Source: an uncultured delta proteobacterium
GTDB lineage: Bacteria > Desulfobacterota > WTBG01
Assembly: GCA_963793865.1 (NCBI GenBank)
Contig: CAWCBP010000004.1
Span: 256,001 to 320,000 of the forward strand
Direction of reading: 5' to 3'
DNA: 64,000 bases
The position numbers and the translations under genes were made by a program. This document shows positions 1 through 10,531 of this stretch, one piece after another; within the stretch, counting starts at the first letter, position 1, and every line of letters begins with the position of its first letter. The notes under the pieces were generated by a model. The model was not told the DNA's origin. It was given only the letters and a program-made list of their open reading frames with translations, and did no database searches.

Positions 1-393
1 AACCGGTACTCGAAGCTTATTACCTTTGGAACGGACGGGGCGCCCCACGGGAGGATCATGACCAATCTCCCCCTTGGAAACGATATGGTCATCTGGTTCG
101 CCACAGGATTAAGCACCAGCAAAATAAAGGACATTAAAAAGAATCCCACCGTGAGCGTTTTTGTCGATGATCCCAATGATCAGAGAAACGCATCCATCAT
201 CGGGAAGGCGGAGATCGTCACCGACGGCAAGCTCCGCAAAAAATTCTGGCAGGAGGCATTCGGCTTCTTCTTCCCGGGCGGCCCGACTGATCCCGACTAT
301 TGCCTGCTCAAGATTACCCCGAAAAAGGTTGAGTATCTCGATCCCGGACTGACGTTCTATCAAACCCGCGTGCGCACGATCATTACCATGTAA
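1..393 (+). CDS. Pyridoxamine 5'-phosphate oxidase-like / general stress protein 26 family flavin-binding protein (5' truncated by window)
   Basis: Frame open from base 1 (NRYSKLITFGTDGAPHGRIM); IWFAT..STSKIKDIKKNPTVSV and FFPGGPTDPDYCLLKITP motifs. Confidence 0.8.
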   Translation, partial: NRYSKLITFGTDGAPHGRIMTNLPLGNDMVIWFATGLSTSKIKDIKKNPTVSVFVDDPNDQRNASIIGKAEIVTDGKLRKKFWQEAFGFFFPGGPTDPDYCLLKITPKKVEYLDPGLTFYQTRVRTIITM

Positions 394-536
394 CTGCGCC
401 CCGGCTGCAAAAGAGCAGAATATCGCGATCCTCAAAGGCAAGGCCGGAAACGGCCTTGCCTTTGCTTTTTTATTAAACCCCCATTCCCAGGCGGGCGCCA
501 CAAAAAATAAAAATTCGAGTTACAAATGAGTTATGT

Positions 537-797
537 CCCCCTCACCCCATCCCTCTCCCCGGGAGAGACTGTGTCATAATAAGGGAGATGCCTTGTTTGT
601 CATTCTGAACGAAGTGAAGAATCTTATAGAATCAATGTGTTTGGAAACGGAGATTCTTCGGCTGATGCCTCAGAATGACCTTATGACACATTCTCCGATG
701 GGGAGAAGGGGCTCCATGATTTTTCCTTCTCATGAGGATATGAAACAAAGCAAATAGTCACCTCGCCCCATCGGGGGAGAGGGTTAAGGTGAGGGGG
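537..797. repeat. Inverted pair of CCCTCACCC-n-CCCTCTCCCC repeats; the left copy is interrupted by a MITE
   Basis: cccctcaccccatccctctcccc at ~537-560 and ggggagagggttaaggtgaggggg at ~774-797. Confidence 0.7.
565..695. mobile_element. MITE-like element with 15-bp terminal inverted repeats and an internal GTCATTCTGA...TCAGAATGAC palindrome
   Basis: gagactgtgtcataa (565-579) vs ttatgacacattctc (681-695), 14/15 match. Confidence 0.65.
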
Positions 798-846
798 AAT
801 TCTTATTCTATTTTCATGTAAAGTAGTATCGGGAGATGCGTCGGCT

Positions 847-1470
847 ATGAAACTATTCGCATCATTCTTCACGTTCATAATTTTCTCGGTCTTTGCAGCA
901 CCTGCCGTCAATGCCCATGTTCCCTATATCGAGAACGAGGATTATTCGGCGGAGCATCCCTTTGTGGTGACGGATTCCATTGAAAATTCAAAGGCAATCT
1001 ACGCGTGGTTTGAGACGGGGGCGGATGTTGACGTATACGCCTTTGAAGTCAGCGAACCGGTGACGGTGTATGCGCAGGCGCTTGTCATCGCATGCCCGTC
1101 TCTGGAGGAGCTGCTGCCGTGGTTCGCGGTCGTCGGGCCCGGACTTCCGGCCGCGGATGAAGCGCTTCCCTTTGAGCTTCCGGCCGGCTGCGGGGCGGTG
1201 GTGGTGAAGAATAAAAACCCGGGAGAGGAGCGGGACACATTTTTTGAGCCGTTCAGCGCCAAAACTTATTTTGACGGCCCCGAGTTCAGCCGGGAGGTAA
1301 CCACCCCGGGTTCATGGTATGTGTACTACTGGGATCCGCACAAAATCGGCGGCGATTATGTTGCGGTGCTGGGTTTGAAAGAGTCTTTTTCAATCCCCGA
1401 CACGGTGCGCTCATTAATTAACACGGTAATAATCTGGTTCAATTTGGAACTGCACACAACCTGCCGGTGA
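847..1470 (+). CDS. Exported hypothetical protein
   Basis: 207 aa ORF, signal peptide ending VNA-H; DVDVYAF and FFEPFS motifs; hydrophobic C-terminus. Confidence 0.75.
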   Translation: MKLFASFFTFIIFSVFAAPAVNAHVPYIENEDYSAEHPFVVTDSIENSKAIYAWFETGADVDVYAFEVSEPVTVYAQALVIACPSLEELLPWFAVVGPGLPAADEALPFELPAGCGAVVVKNKNPGEERDTFFEPFSAKTYFDGPEFSREVTTPGSWYVYYWDPHKIGGDYVAVLGLKESFSIPDTVRSLINTVIIWFNLELHTTCR

Positions 1471-1520
1471 GAAAACCGGGGCAAGGAACACCGTAAGGAA
1501 TCATGGAAAGGGAATATGCC

Positions 1521-1919
1521 ATGAAGAACCTGTTCATCCTGACAGCGGTGATTGAGGCGGGAGCCGGGCTGGTGTTTTTTCTGCTGCCGTCGGTAGCCGC
1601 CGTGCTCCTGTTCGGTTCACCGCTCGACGCACCCGTCGCGTTCATGGTCACGCGCCTTACCGGAGCGGCGCTTATCACCCTGGGAGTGGCCTGCTGGCTC
1701 GCACGCCTTGACCCGGAGAGCCGCGCGGCGGCCGGCCTGGTTGCCGCCATGCTGTTCTATAACCTCGCCGCCCTTGCCATCCTGGCCTATGCCGGTTTCG
1801 GCCTGGGGCTGGTCGGCGCCACCCTGTTGCTGGGAGTTGGCCTGCACTCGGCGATGGCCGTCTGGTGCTTCAGGTGCCTGCGAATGAGGAAGGTTACAAC
1901 AGAACGTGAAGCATATTAG
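1521..1919 (+). CDS. Small four-helix membrane protein
   Basis: Four hydrophobic segments; purine-rich RBS before ATG 1521. Confidence 0.75.
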   Translation: MKNLFILTAVIEAGAGLVFFLLPSVAAVLLFGSPLDAPVAFMVTRLTGAALITLGVACWLARLDPESRAAAGLVAAMLFYNLAALAILAYAGFGLGLVGATLLLGVGLHSAMAVWCFRCLRMRKVTTEREAY

Positions 1920-2289
1920 ATTGTTATCGTGGCCGACCCCAAGCCGCCATTCCGCGTACGCCCTGGCGGATCAGTGCAGGGGGGACAACCTCGTCTTCTT
2001 CGCAATCAAACGGTGATAAAGCACTGCTCTATAATAAGCGTATTAACCGGCTCAGGTTCTTTCCATCAGAAATTCCGACGGCCGGCACGAAATACGGATT
2101 TATTAAAATATCCTCCGGCAACATTTTCTCTGTTGAGCCTTCTATCCTCTCATACCAGCCTTCATTATTACCATTCCGCCTGGTAAGCATTAACTGCTAA
2201 ACTTACCCTGCAATACATCCGAAACATGTACAATAGGAACGCTGTGAATAGCTGCTTAACATTCCTGATGTACCAACATGTAGCCTGTT

Positions 2290-5052
2290 ATGTTGAAAAA
2301 AATTAGCATAGTCATTTTCCTGGCGTTTGCTGTTCTGCTTATCGGGAAATTATATTCCCTCCCCTCGTCCCGTTCCGATACCGTCGCTTCCTCTGTACAA
2401 TTGAATATATACGATGCCGAACAGCTAAAAGAGCTGCTGGATAAAAACCCTGCCCTCGTGAACAAAACTGATGATAACGGAAATACCGCCCTATGCAACG
2501 CGGCGCTTTACGGAAAACTTGATGCTGCCAAGCTTCTGCTGGAAAAAGGAGCAGATGTCAATGTCCGGTCGTCTCAATACCCCCCGCTTTACTGGGCGGC
2601 ATGGGGAGGCGATATGGAAATGGCAAAGCTTCTTTTGCGGTACAAAGCCGATGTCAACATCAGGAATGAAAGGGGCTGCACTCCTTTATATGAGGCCGCC
2701 CAGAAAGGTTTTGCTGACGTGGTAGAGCTGCTTGCCTCTCATGGGGCGGATGTGAACATGCCCGGGGAGTACGGCAGCACCGCGCTTCATCGTGCCGCGC
2801 AAAACGGTTACCTTGATACGGTGCGCGTCCTCCTTGAACATAAGGCAGATGTCAATCTAAAAGATGGAGGAGGCAGAACGGCCCTGCAGGCTGCAGCCGG
2901 CAATGGTCACACGGTGATTGTAGAACTTTTGGAAAGACAGGCACCGGAGATTGTTGACCAGAAGCTTCCCGGTTGGTCACGCCTGCACGAAGCGGTAAAA
3001 AATCAGGACATCGAAGAGATAAAGCGGCTGCTTGATACGGGCATGAATGTCAACATAGCTGATTGCAACGGGGTAACCGCTCTTCAAAATGCCGCAGAAG
3101 AAGGAACGGTTAACATCACCGCTTTTCTTTTGTCCCGTGGGGCAAATCCCAATATTGCTGATATTCCCAATGGCAACACACCGCTCCACAAGGCGGCCGG
3201 AAAAGGGCATAAAGACATCGTTGCATTACTGTTAGACCATCAGGCGAAGGTTGATTCAGTTACTACAATCGGGCTGACGCCCCTGTGGATGGCCGCTGCC
3301 GCCGGCCATGCCGAGGCTGCAGAAGTGCTGCTATCACGCGGGGCCGATGTAAACACCGCCAATAAAAGCGGTATTACCGCCTTGCGAAAGGCCGCCATAA
3401 ATCAGCACACAAAGGTGACCGACTTGCTTTTGCAAAACGGGGCTACAATGGATGTGTTTACCGCGGCGGCCCTTGGAAGGACTGACCTGGTAGTACCATT
3501 TCTGGACAAAGATCCAAAAGCAGCCGGTTCGCGCGATCATGAAGGCTACACCCTTCTTCACATTGCTGCACGCTATGGCCACTATCCGCTCATTGAGTTT
3601 CTTGCACAGCAAAAGATTGATGTAAACGCCCGCAATCTTCAGCGGCAAACACCTCTGCATATGTCAGCAGCTTTTGGCTACCGGGATTGCGCTCAGTTGC
3701 TCTTAAGAAACGGTGCGGAGGTTGATGCAGGGGATATGGGTAAGATGACTCCGCTTCATCTTGCCGCACTGAAAGGACATGCTGATATGGCTGCCCTGCT
3801 GCTTTCTCAGGGAGCGGCTGCAAATACCAGAACCGCCAGAACGCAGGGTCTCGCATCACTTGCGTCCTATGCCGCCTCTACTGACTACGGAACGCTCTCC
3901 GAAGATGTCATGATGGATATCTTTACGTCGGCCGGTTATTGCAGTCCGCTTCATTTCGCTGCCTCCTGCGGTAAAAAGGAGGTTGCCGCGCTGCTGATCA
4001 GCAAAGGCGCTGACATGCAAGCCAAAGACGGCCGCAACAACACGCCGCTTCACTGGGCGGCACACCATGGTGGGACGGATATAGCTGAACTGCTGCTTGC
4101 CCGGGGCGCAGACATTAACGCAAAGAATAGTTCCAAAAAGACCCCGTTAATGGCGGCCATAGAAAATTATCAAAAAAGCATGGTGGCATTGCTGCTTGAC
4201 CGGGGGGCGGATGTTGGGTTGAAAGATGAGATCGGTTGTACTCCGCTCTTTATCGCCATTTTTAATCACTTTACCGATATAGCCGAACTACTCCTGCAAA
4301 AAGGCGCTGATCCCAACCAGAAAGCCTTGACCAGCTCATCGCTGGTCCAGGCTGCAGTATTTCGAGATGTTCTGGAAACGACGCCGCTGGAGGCTGCAAT
4401 TCAGCAGGGATGCACCGGCATAGTCGAAATCCTGCTCAAGCGCTATAAAGTACCGGTGGATACCCGAAATGGAGAAGGATTTACCCCTCTGCATGATGCT
4501 GCGCTAAATGGCAAGGCAGAAATCGCACGCCTGCTGATCGAGTATGGTGCTGATGTTAACGCCATGAGCAAATATAATACACCCCTGCTCATAGCTGCGA
4601 CGTATGGCAACATCGACGTGGCAAAATTGCTTATTAAGTCCAAAGCAGACGTAAATGCTAAGGATGGTTCGGGCCGTACTGCTTTAACCCTGGCTATACA
4701 GCCTCCCGGCAACTATGACCGGGGAAGCAGAGAGCTTGTGAAATTACTCCTTGATAACGGAGCCCAGGACGACAGGGCGCTGCATACCGCGGTAGGAACG
4801 GGAAGGCAGGATCTTGTGGACCTCATTTTACAATACCGGCCGGATATCAACGTGCGGGACCAGTATGGCCGTACCGCGCTTCATCTTGCAGTAGGTGATG
4901 AAAATATCGACATGGTACAACTGCTCCTGGAGAAAGGGGCTGACGTTAACGCCAAAGACTCCCAGGGACATACTCCCCTGTATGATACATGGGGCGGCAG
5001 CGGCCATGCAAGGCGCATTAAGGAACTGCTCAGGAAACATGGAGGTGTGTAA
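2290..5052 (+). CDS. Large ankyrin-repeat protein with N-terminal signal/anchor
   Basis: 920 aa; more than 20 TPLHxAA...LLxxGADVN repeats; hydrophobic N-terminus. Confidence 0.95.
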   Translation: MLKKISIVIFLAFAVLLIGKLYSLPSSRSDTVASSVQLNIYDAEQLKELLDKNPALVNKTDDNGNTALCNAALYGKLDAAKLLLEKGADVNVRSSQYPPLYWAAWGGDMEMAKLLLRYKADVNIRNERGCTPLYEAAQKGFADVVELLASHGADVNMPGEYGSTALHRAAQNGYLDTVRVLLEHKADVNLKDGGGRTALQAAAGNGHTVIVELLERQAPEIVDQKLPGWSRLHEAVKNQDIEEIKRLLDTGMNVNIADCNGVTALQNAAEEGTVNITAFLLSRGANPNIADIPNGNTPLHKAAGKGHKDIVALLLDHQAKVDSVTTIGLTPLWMAAAAGHAEAAEVLLSRGADVNTANKSGITALRKAAINQHTKVTDLLLQNGATMDVFTAAALGRTDLVVPFLDKDPKAAGSRDHEGYTLLHIAARYGHYPLIEFLAQQKIDVNARNLQRQTPLHMSAAFGYRDCAQLLLRNGAEVDAGDMGKMTPLHLAALKGHADMAALLLSQGAAANTRTARTQGLASLASYAASTDYGTLSEDVMMDIFTSAGYCSPLHFAASCGKKEVAALLISKGADMQAKDGRNNTPLHWAAHHGGTDIAELLLARGADINAKNSSKKTPLMAAIENYQKSMVALLLDRGADVGLKDEIGCTPLFIAIFNHFTDIAELLLQKGADPNQKALTSSSLVQAAVFRDVLETTPLEAAIQQGCTGIVEILLKRYKVPVDTRNGEGFTPLHDAALNGKAEIARLLIEYGADVNAMSKYNTPLLIAATYGNIDVAKLLIKSKADVNAKDGSGRTALTLAIQPPGNYDRGSRELVKLLLDNGAQDDRALHTAVGTGRQDLVDLILQYRPDINVRDQYGRTALHLAVGDENIDMVQLLLEKGADVNAKDSQGHTPLYDTWGGSGHARRIKELLRKHGGV

Positions 5053-5094
5053 GGTGAACTTTTGGGAATGGTATTTTCATCATACGCCGGGCAA

Positions 5095-5734
5095 CTACAA
5101 ATGGATCAGGCTGCGCTTCATTGCTCCATAGGTCTCCCGGTCCTTTGCCGCCAGGGCGGATGCCCGGCTGACTGCCTTTTGCAAAACCTCCTCTGCCGGG
5201 CACGCCTCATCAACAACTCCCAAACGCACTGCCTCTTCCCCTCCGATGCGTCTTCCGGTCAAAAGCAGGTCCCGAAGTACCGGGGGCGCGAGCTTCCGCT
5301 TCAAGAGCGACATCATTCCTGGCGGGGATGGCCACCTTCAGGTCAATCTCGGGCAAACAAAGGTATCCCCGGTCGGCGCGCATGTACCGGTAGTCGCACG
5401 CCAGGGCAACCAGCGCCCCCATCCCGAAGGCATGCCCGTTAATGGCGGCAACGGTGGGAAGAGGGAAGTCAAGCAGCCTGTCCAATAATTCGACAGACTT
5501 TTCCATAAGCAGTGTTCGTTCGTCACCGGTGGCAGTGGAGAAATACTCCAGGTCAAATCCCGTGGAGAAGACTTTGCCGTCACCCGTTACCACCAGGCAG
5601 GCCTCGCCGGCGGAGTTCTGTATTGTGTCCAGCGCCGTGTGCATTTCGGCAATGAGATCCGGTGAAAACGCGCCGTCTTTCTTTAATCGAAAAATAAATA
5701 CAGGCGGATTGTGCTCCAGCGTGCTGTAGTTCAT
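5095..5734 (-). CDS. Enoyl-CoA hydratase/isomerase (crotonase) family protein, frameshifted near 5320
   Basis: KVFSTGFDL, PTVAAINGHAFGMG..LALACDYR, LPEIDL; continues in another frame as LLLTGRRIGGEEAVRLGVVD. Confidence 0.9.
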
Positions 5735-5771
5735 GGGCAATGCTTTCCTCCATAAAAAGGTTCGGAATTCC

Positions 5772-5812
5772 GGGGACACCATACTTAATTCTGAATTAAG
5801 TATGGTGTCCCC
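5772..5812. repeat. Perfect 41-nt palindrome GGGGACACCATACTTAATTC-T-GAATTAAGTATGGTGTCCCC
   Basis: 20-bp arms read directly. Confidence 0.85.
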
Positions 5813-5987
5813 CGATGCCGGATGCAAGAACATAAGGCAACATTCATAAAATTGAAAAACTATTAATACAAAATGCAGGAATGTGCAATTCTATTTCTTC
5901 TGCCCGGGCTTTGCCCCACACATGACGGGGGAACGAGGTCGAATTACCGGATATGCAAGCAAGGGGAGCCATGGTTTGCGTGAATGT

Positions 5988-6041
5988 CGGTAGGAGAGCC
6001 ATCAGGCGCGATCGAAAAGGCTCAAAGTCCGATCCTACCGG
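5988..6041. repeat. Degenerate GTAG-type REP doublet
   Basis: cggtaggagagccatcaggcgcgat...tcctaccgg; same family as 7919 and 38782. Confidence 0.7.
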
Positions 6042-6307
6042 CCGTCATAAAAATAAGCCGTGTCATGATAGAGAAGGTTGTCATTTCGAGCGAATGCGAG
6101 AAATCTTTTGAATAATAATATGTTCCCGGTCATGCCACCCCTCAGAAATACTTAAGGGGCTTTTTCTTATTCAGCGCAGGCCGTGATATTCCATAGTTTT
6201 TGAATGGCTCTGCGTATTGCAAGACCCCAAAAATAAGGTTTTTCGAAGCATAAAATCAGGGTTCTGCCTATTGTGTTTTATGCCATTTTGTGACTATAAA
6301 TATGTAA

Positions 6308-6424
6308 TATAAAACGATAAAGCCAAACCCCGAGTGATCGGGGGACGGAAAGCCACAGTTCTATTGCAGTAGTTAGAACGTGCTTTTAGATTTGGTTAAT
6401 AGAAGGCTGGACTGCCGAATGTAT
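6308..6424 (+). promoter_or_regulatory. Cyclic di-GMP-I (GEMM-I) riboswitch aptamer, copy 1
   Basis: AAAGCCAAACC-CCGA-GTGA-TCGG-GGGACGGAAAGCC ... GGCTGGACTGCCGAA fits the GEMM-I core with GNRA loop; lies in the leader of the 6492 gene. Confidence 0.9.
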
Positions 6425-6452
6425 GAGTCAAAAAATACAGAGGCAGTTTTTT
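6411..6452 (+). terminator. Intrinsic terminator overlapping aptamer 3' strand (expression platform)
   Basis: ACTGCC-gaa-TGTAT...ATACA-ga-GGCAGT followed by T run. Confidence 0.75.
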
Positions 6453-6491
6453 AATTTTAAGATCGCATAACCCAATAAAAGGAGGTCTGCC

Positions 6492-7733
6492 ATGTTGAAG
6501 AAACTATCATTAGCGCTTGCTTGTTTATTGGTGCTTTCAGTTACATCGGTCATGGCACAACCAGTTCCTGACTTCTGTGAAGGGAACTTTGATTGTGACC
6601 AGGATGTAGACGGAACGGATGCATTTGATTTCAAGGCCGATTTCGGGAGAAGCATAATCTTGAATCCCTGTCCATATCTTGATGATTGCCCCAGCCCCTG
6701 GGCTCCGTGTCCGGCCGGGATGCTCCTCTGCAATAATTCCTGCGTTGATCCTCAGACTGATGAGGCCCACTGCGGCGGGTGCAGTGTTCCCTGCAACGGG
6801 ATGTGCGTGGCAGGCGAATGTCAGCAGGATAATCCTTTACCCGATCTGATAATTCAGAAAATGGTGGTGGATCCCATCCAGCCCATTCAGGGACAAACGG
6901 CAACAATTGAGATAACGGTAAAGAACCAGGGACAAGCGGAATCAGGAATGTGCTGGCTTGATTGGTATAGTAATCTGGACACACCTCCGATACCGGATCA
7001 AGCGGGGAATCAATTTATTCAGATACCAGTACTTGCCCCATCGGAGACTTATACCTGGCAGACTAATTATGTTTATAATAGCGTTGGCGACTTCAACATG
7101 TATGCCTTTGTAGATTCCTTCAGCGAGATGGCGGAATCAATCGATGACAATAATGTCTATGGGCCCTATGGGATACATGTAGCAATCCCGGCACTATTGC
7201 CCAGGACAGGACTGACCATATCGTATGCCACAGGTGATGATGGATATTATCAACAAGGGGTTGCATGGCCGAATCCGAGGTTTACGGATAATCTCAATGG
7301 GACAGTAACTGACAATCTGACCGGGCTTATCTGGCTGAAGGATGCCAGTTGTTCCTCCTTCTTTGCACCATTATCATGGAATGCGGCTTTAGCAGCCTGC
7401 AATGGATTATCCGCCGGATATTGTGGATTAACTGATGGCTCAAGTGCCGGTGACTGGCGGCTTCCCAATAGAAATGAGTTAAACAGTCTGGTCGATGTTC
7501 GCTATACCGGTCCTGCATTGTGTAATACCTCAGGCACAGGGCAGTGGACATCGGGCGATCCATTTATTAACGTGCAGTCCAGCAACTTCTACTGGACATC
7601 TACTGTCTTAAGCGTCAGCGCACCCGCAGGTGCTTGGAAGGTGGGCATGGGAGGTGGTGACATATACATCAGCATGACAAGTGAAGCCCTCTGGGTGTGG
7701 CCTGTCCGAGGAGGATATTATTTGGTGATTTGA
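6492..7733 (+). CDS. Secreted modular protein: dockerin-like repeat, Cys-rich segment, CARDB domain, DUF1566 (Lcl C-terminal, CLec fold)
   Basis: Signal peptide; CEGNFDCDQDVDGTDAFDFKADFGRS; PDLII..TVKNQG..ESIDDNN; RFTDNLNGTVTDNLTGLIWLKDA, WRLPNRNELNSL, YWTST, WPVRGG. Confidence 0.9.
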   Translation: MLKKLSLALACLLVLSVTSVMAQPVPDFCEGNFDCDQDVDGTDAFDFKADFGRSIILNPCPYLDDCPSPWAPCPAGMLLCNNSCVDPQTDEAHCGGCSVPCNGMCVAGECQQDNPLPDLIIQKMVVDPIQPIQGQTATIEITVKNQGQAESGMCWLDWYSNLDTPPIPDQAGNQFIQIPVLAPSETYTWQTNYVYNSVGDFNMYAFVDSFSEMAESIDDNNVYGPYGIHVAIPALLPRTGLTISYATGDDGYYQQGVAWPNPRFTDNLNGTVTDNLTGLIWLKDASCSSFFAPLSWNAALAACNGLSAGYCGLTDGSSAGDWRLPNRNELNSLVDVRYTGPALCNTSGTGQWTSGDPFINVQSSNFYWTSTVLSVSAPAGAWKVGMGGGDIYISMTSEALWVWPVRGGYYLVI

Positions 7734-7896
7734 GTTATTGGTAATTATCAAATTCAACTATGGTTGCAGATCGCTTTGGAACACATTCCCCGCGTATGCT
7801 TCAGTTGTGAATCGGTGTGAGTGCTGTTGAGGAGGGATTATCGGAAGGGGTTTGAAAAAAGATAGAATAGTTTAAGGTGGATGCGTGATGTAATAC

Positions 7897-8022
7897 TAGC
7901 CAAATATATTTGAAATTTCGGTAGGAGCGCCTTCAGGCGCGATGCATTCGCGGCTCAAAGCCGCTCCTACCGGTTATAAATGTTTCTGAAGAGAAAAATT
8001 CTCAGATTTGGGCCCGTAAGAA
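7897..8022. repeat. GTAG-type REP doublet inside a larger dispersed repeat (second copy at 38760-38902)
   Basis: ggtaggagcgccttcaggcgcgatgcattcgcggctcaaagccgctcctacc plus shared flanks. Confidence 0.85.
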
Positions 8023-8070
8023 CCATTCACTTAGCGCATGTGGAGTATCTCCATGAGTGCCGCCGGCAAA

Positions 8071-8117
8071 CATAACCCCGCTTTTCTCAGATGGAGAAAT
8101 CTGAGAGGGCGGGGTTT
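8071..8117. repeat. Hairpin repeat (second copy at 27640-27683), terminator-like
   Basis: cataaccccgcttttctcagatgg...tctgaga(g/a)ggcggggttt at both sites. Confidence 0.75.
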
Positions 8118-8153
8118 ATTATTGCAATGATCAAACGTAAAAAGGGGGGCAAC

Positions 8154-10480
8154 ATGAAGAAAATACTATTTATTCTGATAGCAGTTGCAGCAGCCTGTGT
8201 TTTTCAGATCGCCGGATTTCAAACTATCGCGAACGCAGCATGGGGTGAAGACGTCCTTGTTACAAATTACATTCCCGATTACTCTTCAGTGAAGCCCTCC
8301 ATGGACGAAGCACCCAATGGAGATCTTTACATTGTCGTGGAGGAAAATCCATGGATGCGAGTTTATAAATCAACGGATGGTGGCGAAACCTGGGAGTGGC
8401 TCATGCAATTTGCAAGTGGAAACATTAGCAATGTAAATCCCTCCCTTGCCTATGCTGCAGGATCCGAGGACTGGGTTTTTATAACATGGGAGGTCATAGA
8501 GCTAGACGACTCAAGGTCTATCTTGCTTTATCGTTTTGATCCTACTAATCATAACAGTAGCTGGGCTGATATTGCATCTGGCATATACATGCCCCCTGAT
8601 CTTCATATCCAGCCTGAGATATGCACAGATACCCCATACTATTACGCCACTTACTATGTGTACGTCACTTACAGTGTCGAAGGTACTTACCTACTACCCG
8701 GTTTATTTTTCCCGAAGCATTGATAAAGGCCTGACTTGGAGCACACCCGTGGAAGTCACTGGCGGTGTAGGAATGAGCTCCGGCTGGCAAACCCAACCGG
8801 ACATTGCTTACGGCCCCTCTGGATTGTACATTGCTTTTGAAAAAATGGGATGGAATGGCTCCAGCTGGACTAATCAGATCTGGGTCACAAAAAGTACAGA
8901 TTATGGGTCTAATTGGAATACCCCAGTTCAAGTTACCTCATCTTCAGTGGATTAGATACCATCCCCGAATAGCCGTGGCTAGTAATGGTACGGTAATGGT
9001 GGCGTATACAATCGACTATAGAGGTGGGGATTTGGATATTTAATCGCATTATAGCACTGATGGAGGCACAACCTGGAATTTTGCAGGTCTGCCATGGACC
9101 TATGATGAGGAGGAGGAAGTTGAGTTGGCAGTCAGCACTAATAACGGCCGCTTCCATGCCGCCTACTGGAGGTACGGATATATCTGGTATTCGTGGGCCG
9201 ACGCGACTAATCCTGGGCTAGGCTGGTCAACTCCGGCGATTATTGTCAACGAGTTTAATACTGCCAGCTATAGTTACATAAGACCGACAGTGTGCCCGAA
9301 TCCAACATTGCCAGTGGAGCAAGAGGCGTGCGTTGCCTGGACTGATGTCCGCAATGCATTAATCTCTTATGACGTCTATTTTGATCATGTTTCCGTTTGT
9401 GGAGATGGTTGGATAAGCAGCGAGGAGCAGTGTGATGACGGCAATACCTTAAGTGGTGACTGCTGCAGTGCTACACTGTACATATGAGCCGGCAGGCAGT
9501 CTCTGCTCCGATGGGCTGTTTTGCAATGGTAATGAGACATGTAATGGTTCGGGAGGATGCCAGCTCAGCGCCGGAGATCCCTGTCTCGCTTTCCCCGGCA
9601 CCGTCTGCAATGAGACAACCGATACCTGTGATCCTGCACAAGTATGCGGCAACGGGGCTTTAGAGGGTAGTGAGCAGTGTGATGACGGCAATACTGTAAA
9701 CGCTGACTGCTGCAGCGCTACCTGTATTTTTGAGGCTTTCGGAAGTCCCTGCGGCAACCAGGATACTACCGCCTGCACTGACCCTGATAGCTGTACCGGG
9801 GACGGCTATTGCTCACCACGCAACCAGCCGGCAGGCACCCAATGCAACACTGACGGCAACATGTGTACCGACGATGAATGTGACGGTTTAGGTATCTGTA
9901 TCCACGTCAACAACACCGATCCCTGTGATGATTATCTCTTCTGCACCGGCGCCGACACCTGTTCCGGCGGTACCTGCTCCGTCCATAGCGGTGATCCCTG
10001 TTTTCCCCTGCTCTGTGATGAAATAACCGATACCTGCGGCGGGTCTGACTTTGATGGTGACGGTGTCCCGGACAGCCTGGACAACTGCATCTACCAGTAT
10101 AATCCCGGCCAGGAAGACGCTTGACAGCGATGGCATGGGAGATGCCTGTGACAACTGCCCCCGCCTTTATAACCAGTACCAGGAAGACACCTACCCCCCG
10201 CAGACCAATGGATGCGGGGATGCCTGTGAGTGTGAGGGAAATTTCAATGGCTGGGAGGATGAGGACGTTGACGGTAGTGATGCCTTTATCTTCAAGACCG
10301 ATTTCGGCAGGAGCAGGATATTAGATCCCTGCACCAATGCAGACCCCTGCAACGGTGACTTTACCTGTGACTATGATGTGGACGGCACCGATGCCTTTAC
10401 CTTCAAGTCAGATTTCGGAAGGAGCAGTCATTTTGAACCCCTGCCCCTACTGTGTAACCATACCCTGGTGCATGTATTGA
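8154..10480 (+). CDS. Large secreted protein split by several frameshifts: Asp-box (BNR) propeller, Myxococcus-type Cys-rich repeats, TSP3-like repeats, tandem C-terminal dockerin-like repeats
   Basis: Signal peptide; STDGGETW, SIDKGLTW, STDYGSNW; CGDG..EQCDDGN..GDCCS twice; DFDGDGVPDSLDNC; two DVDGxDAFxFKxDFGRS; pieces continue across frames. Confidence 0.8.
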
Positions 10481-10531
10481 GGGGTGATATGCGATCTGAG
10501 ATATGCGATATGGGATGTGGGATAAAGAAAA

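Noticed and set aside
1929..2186. 85-aa ORF between the membrane protein and the ankyrin gene
   Set aside because: No RBS or recognisable motif in any frame.
6308..6424. cGAMP-specific GEMM-Ib riboswitch
   Set aside because: The discriminating position is G, not A, in all three copies.
8953..8955. Stop-codon recoding (TAG) or programmed frameshifting in the Asp-box gene
   Set aside because: Coding continues in a different frame, and indels are widespread without slippery-site signatures.
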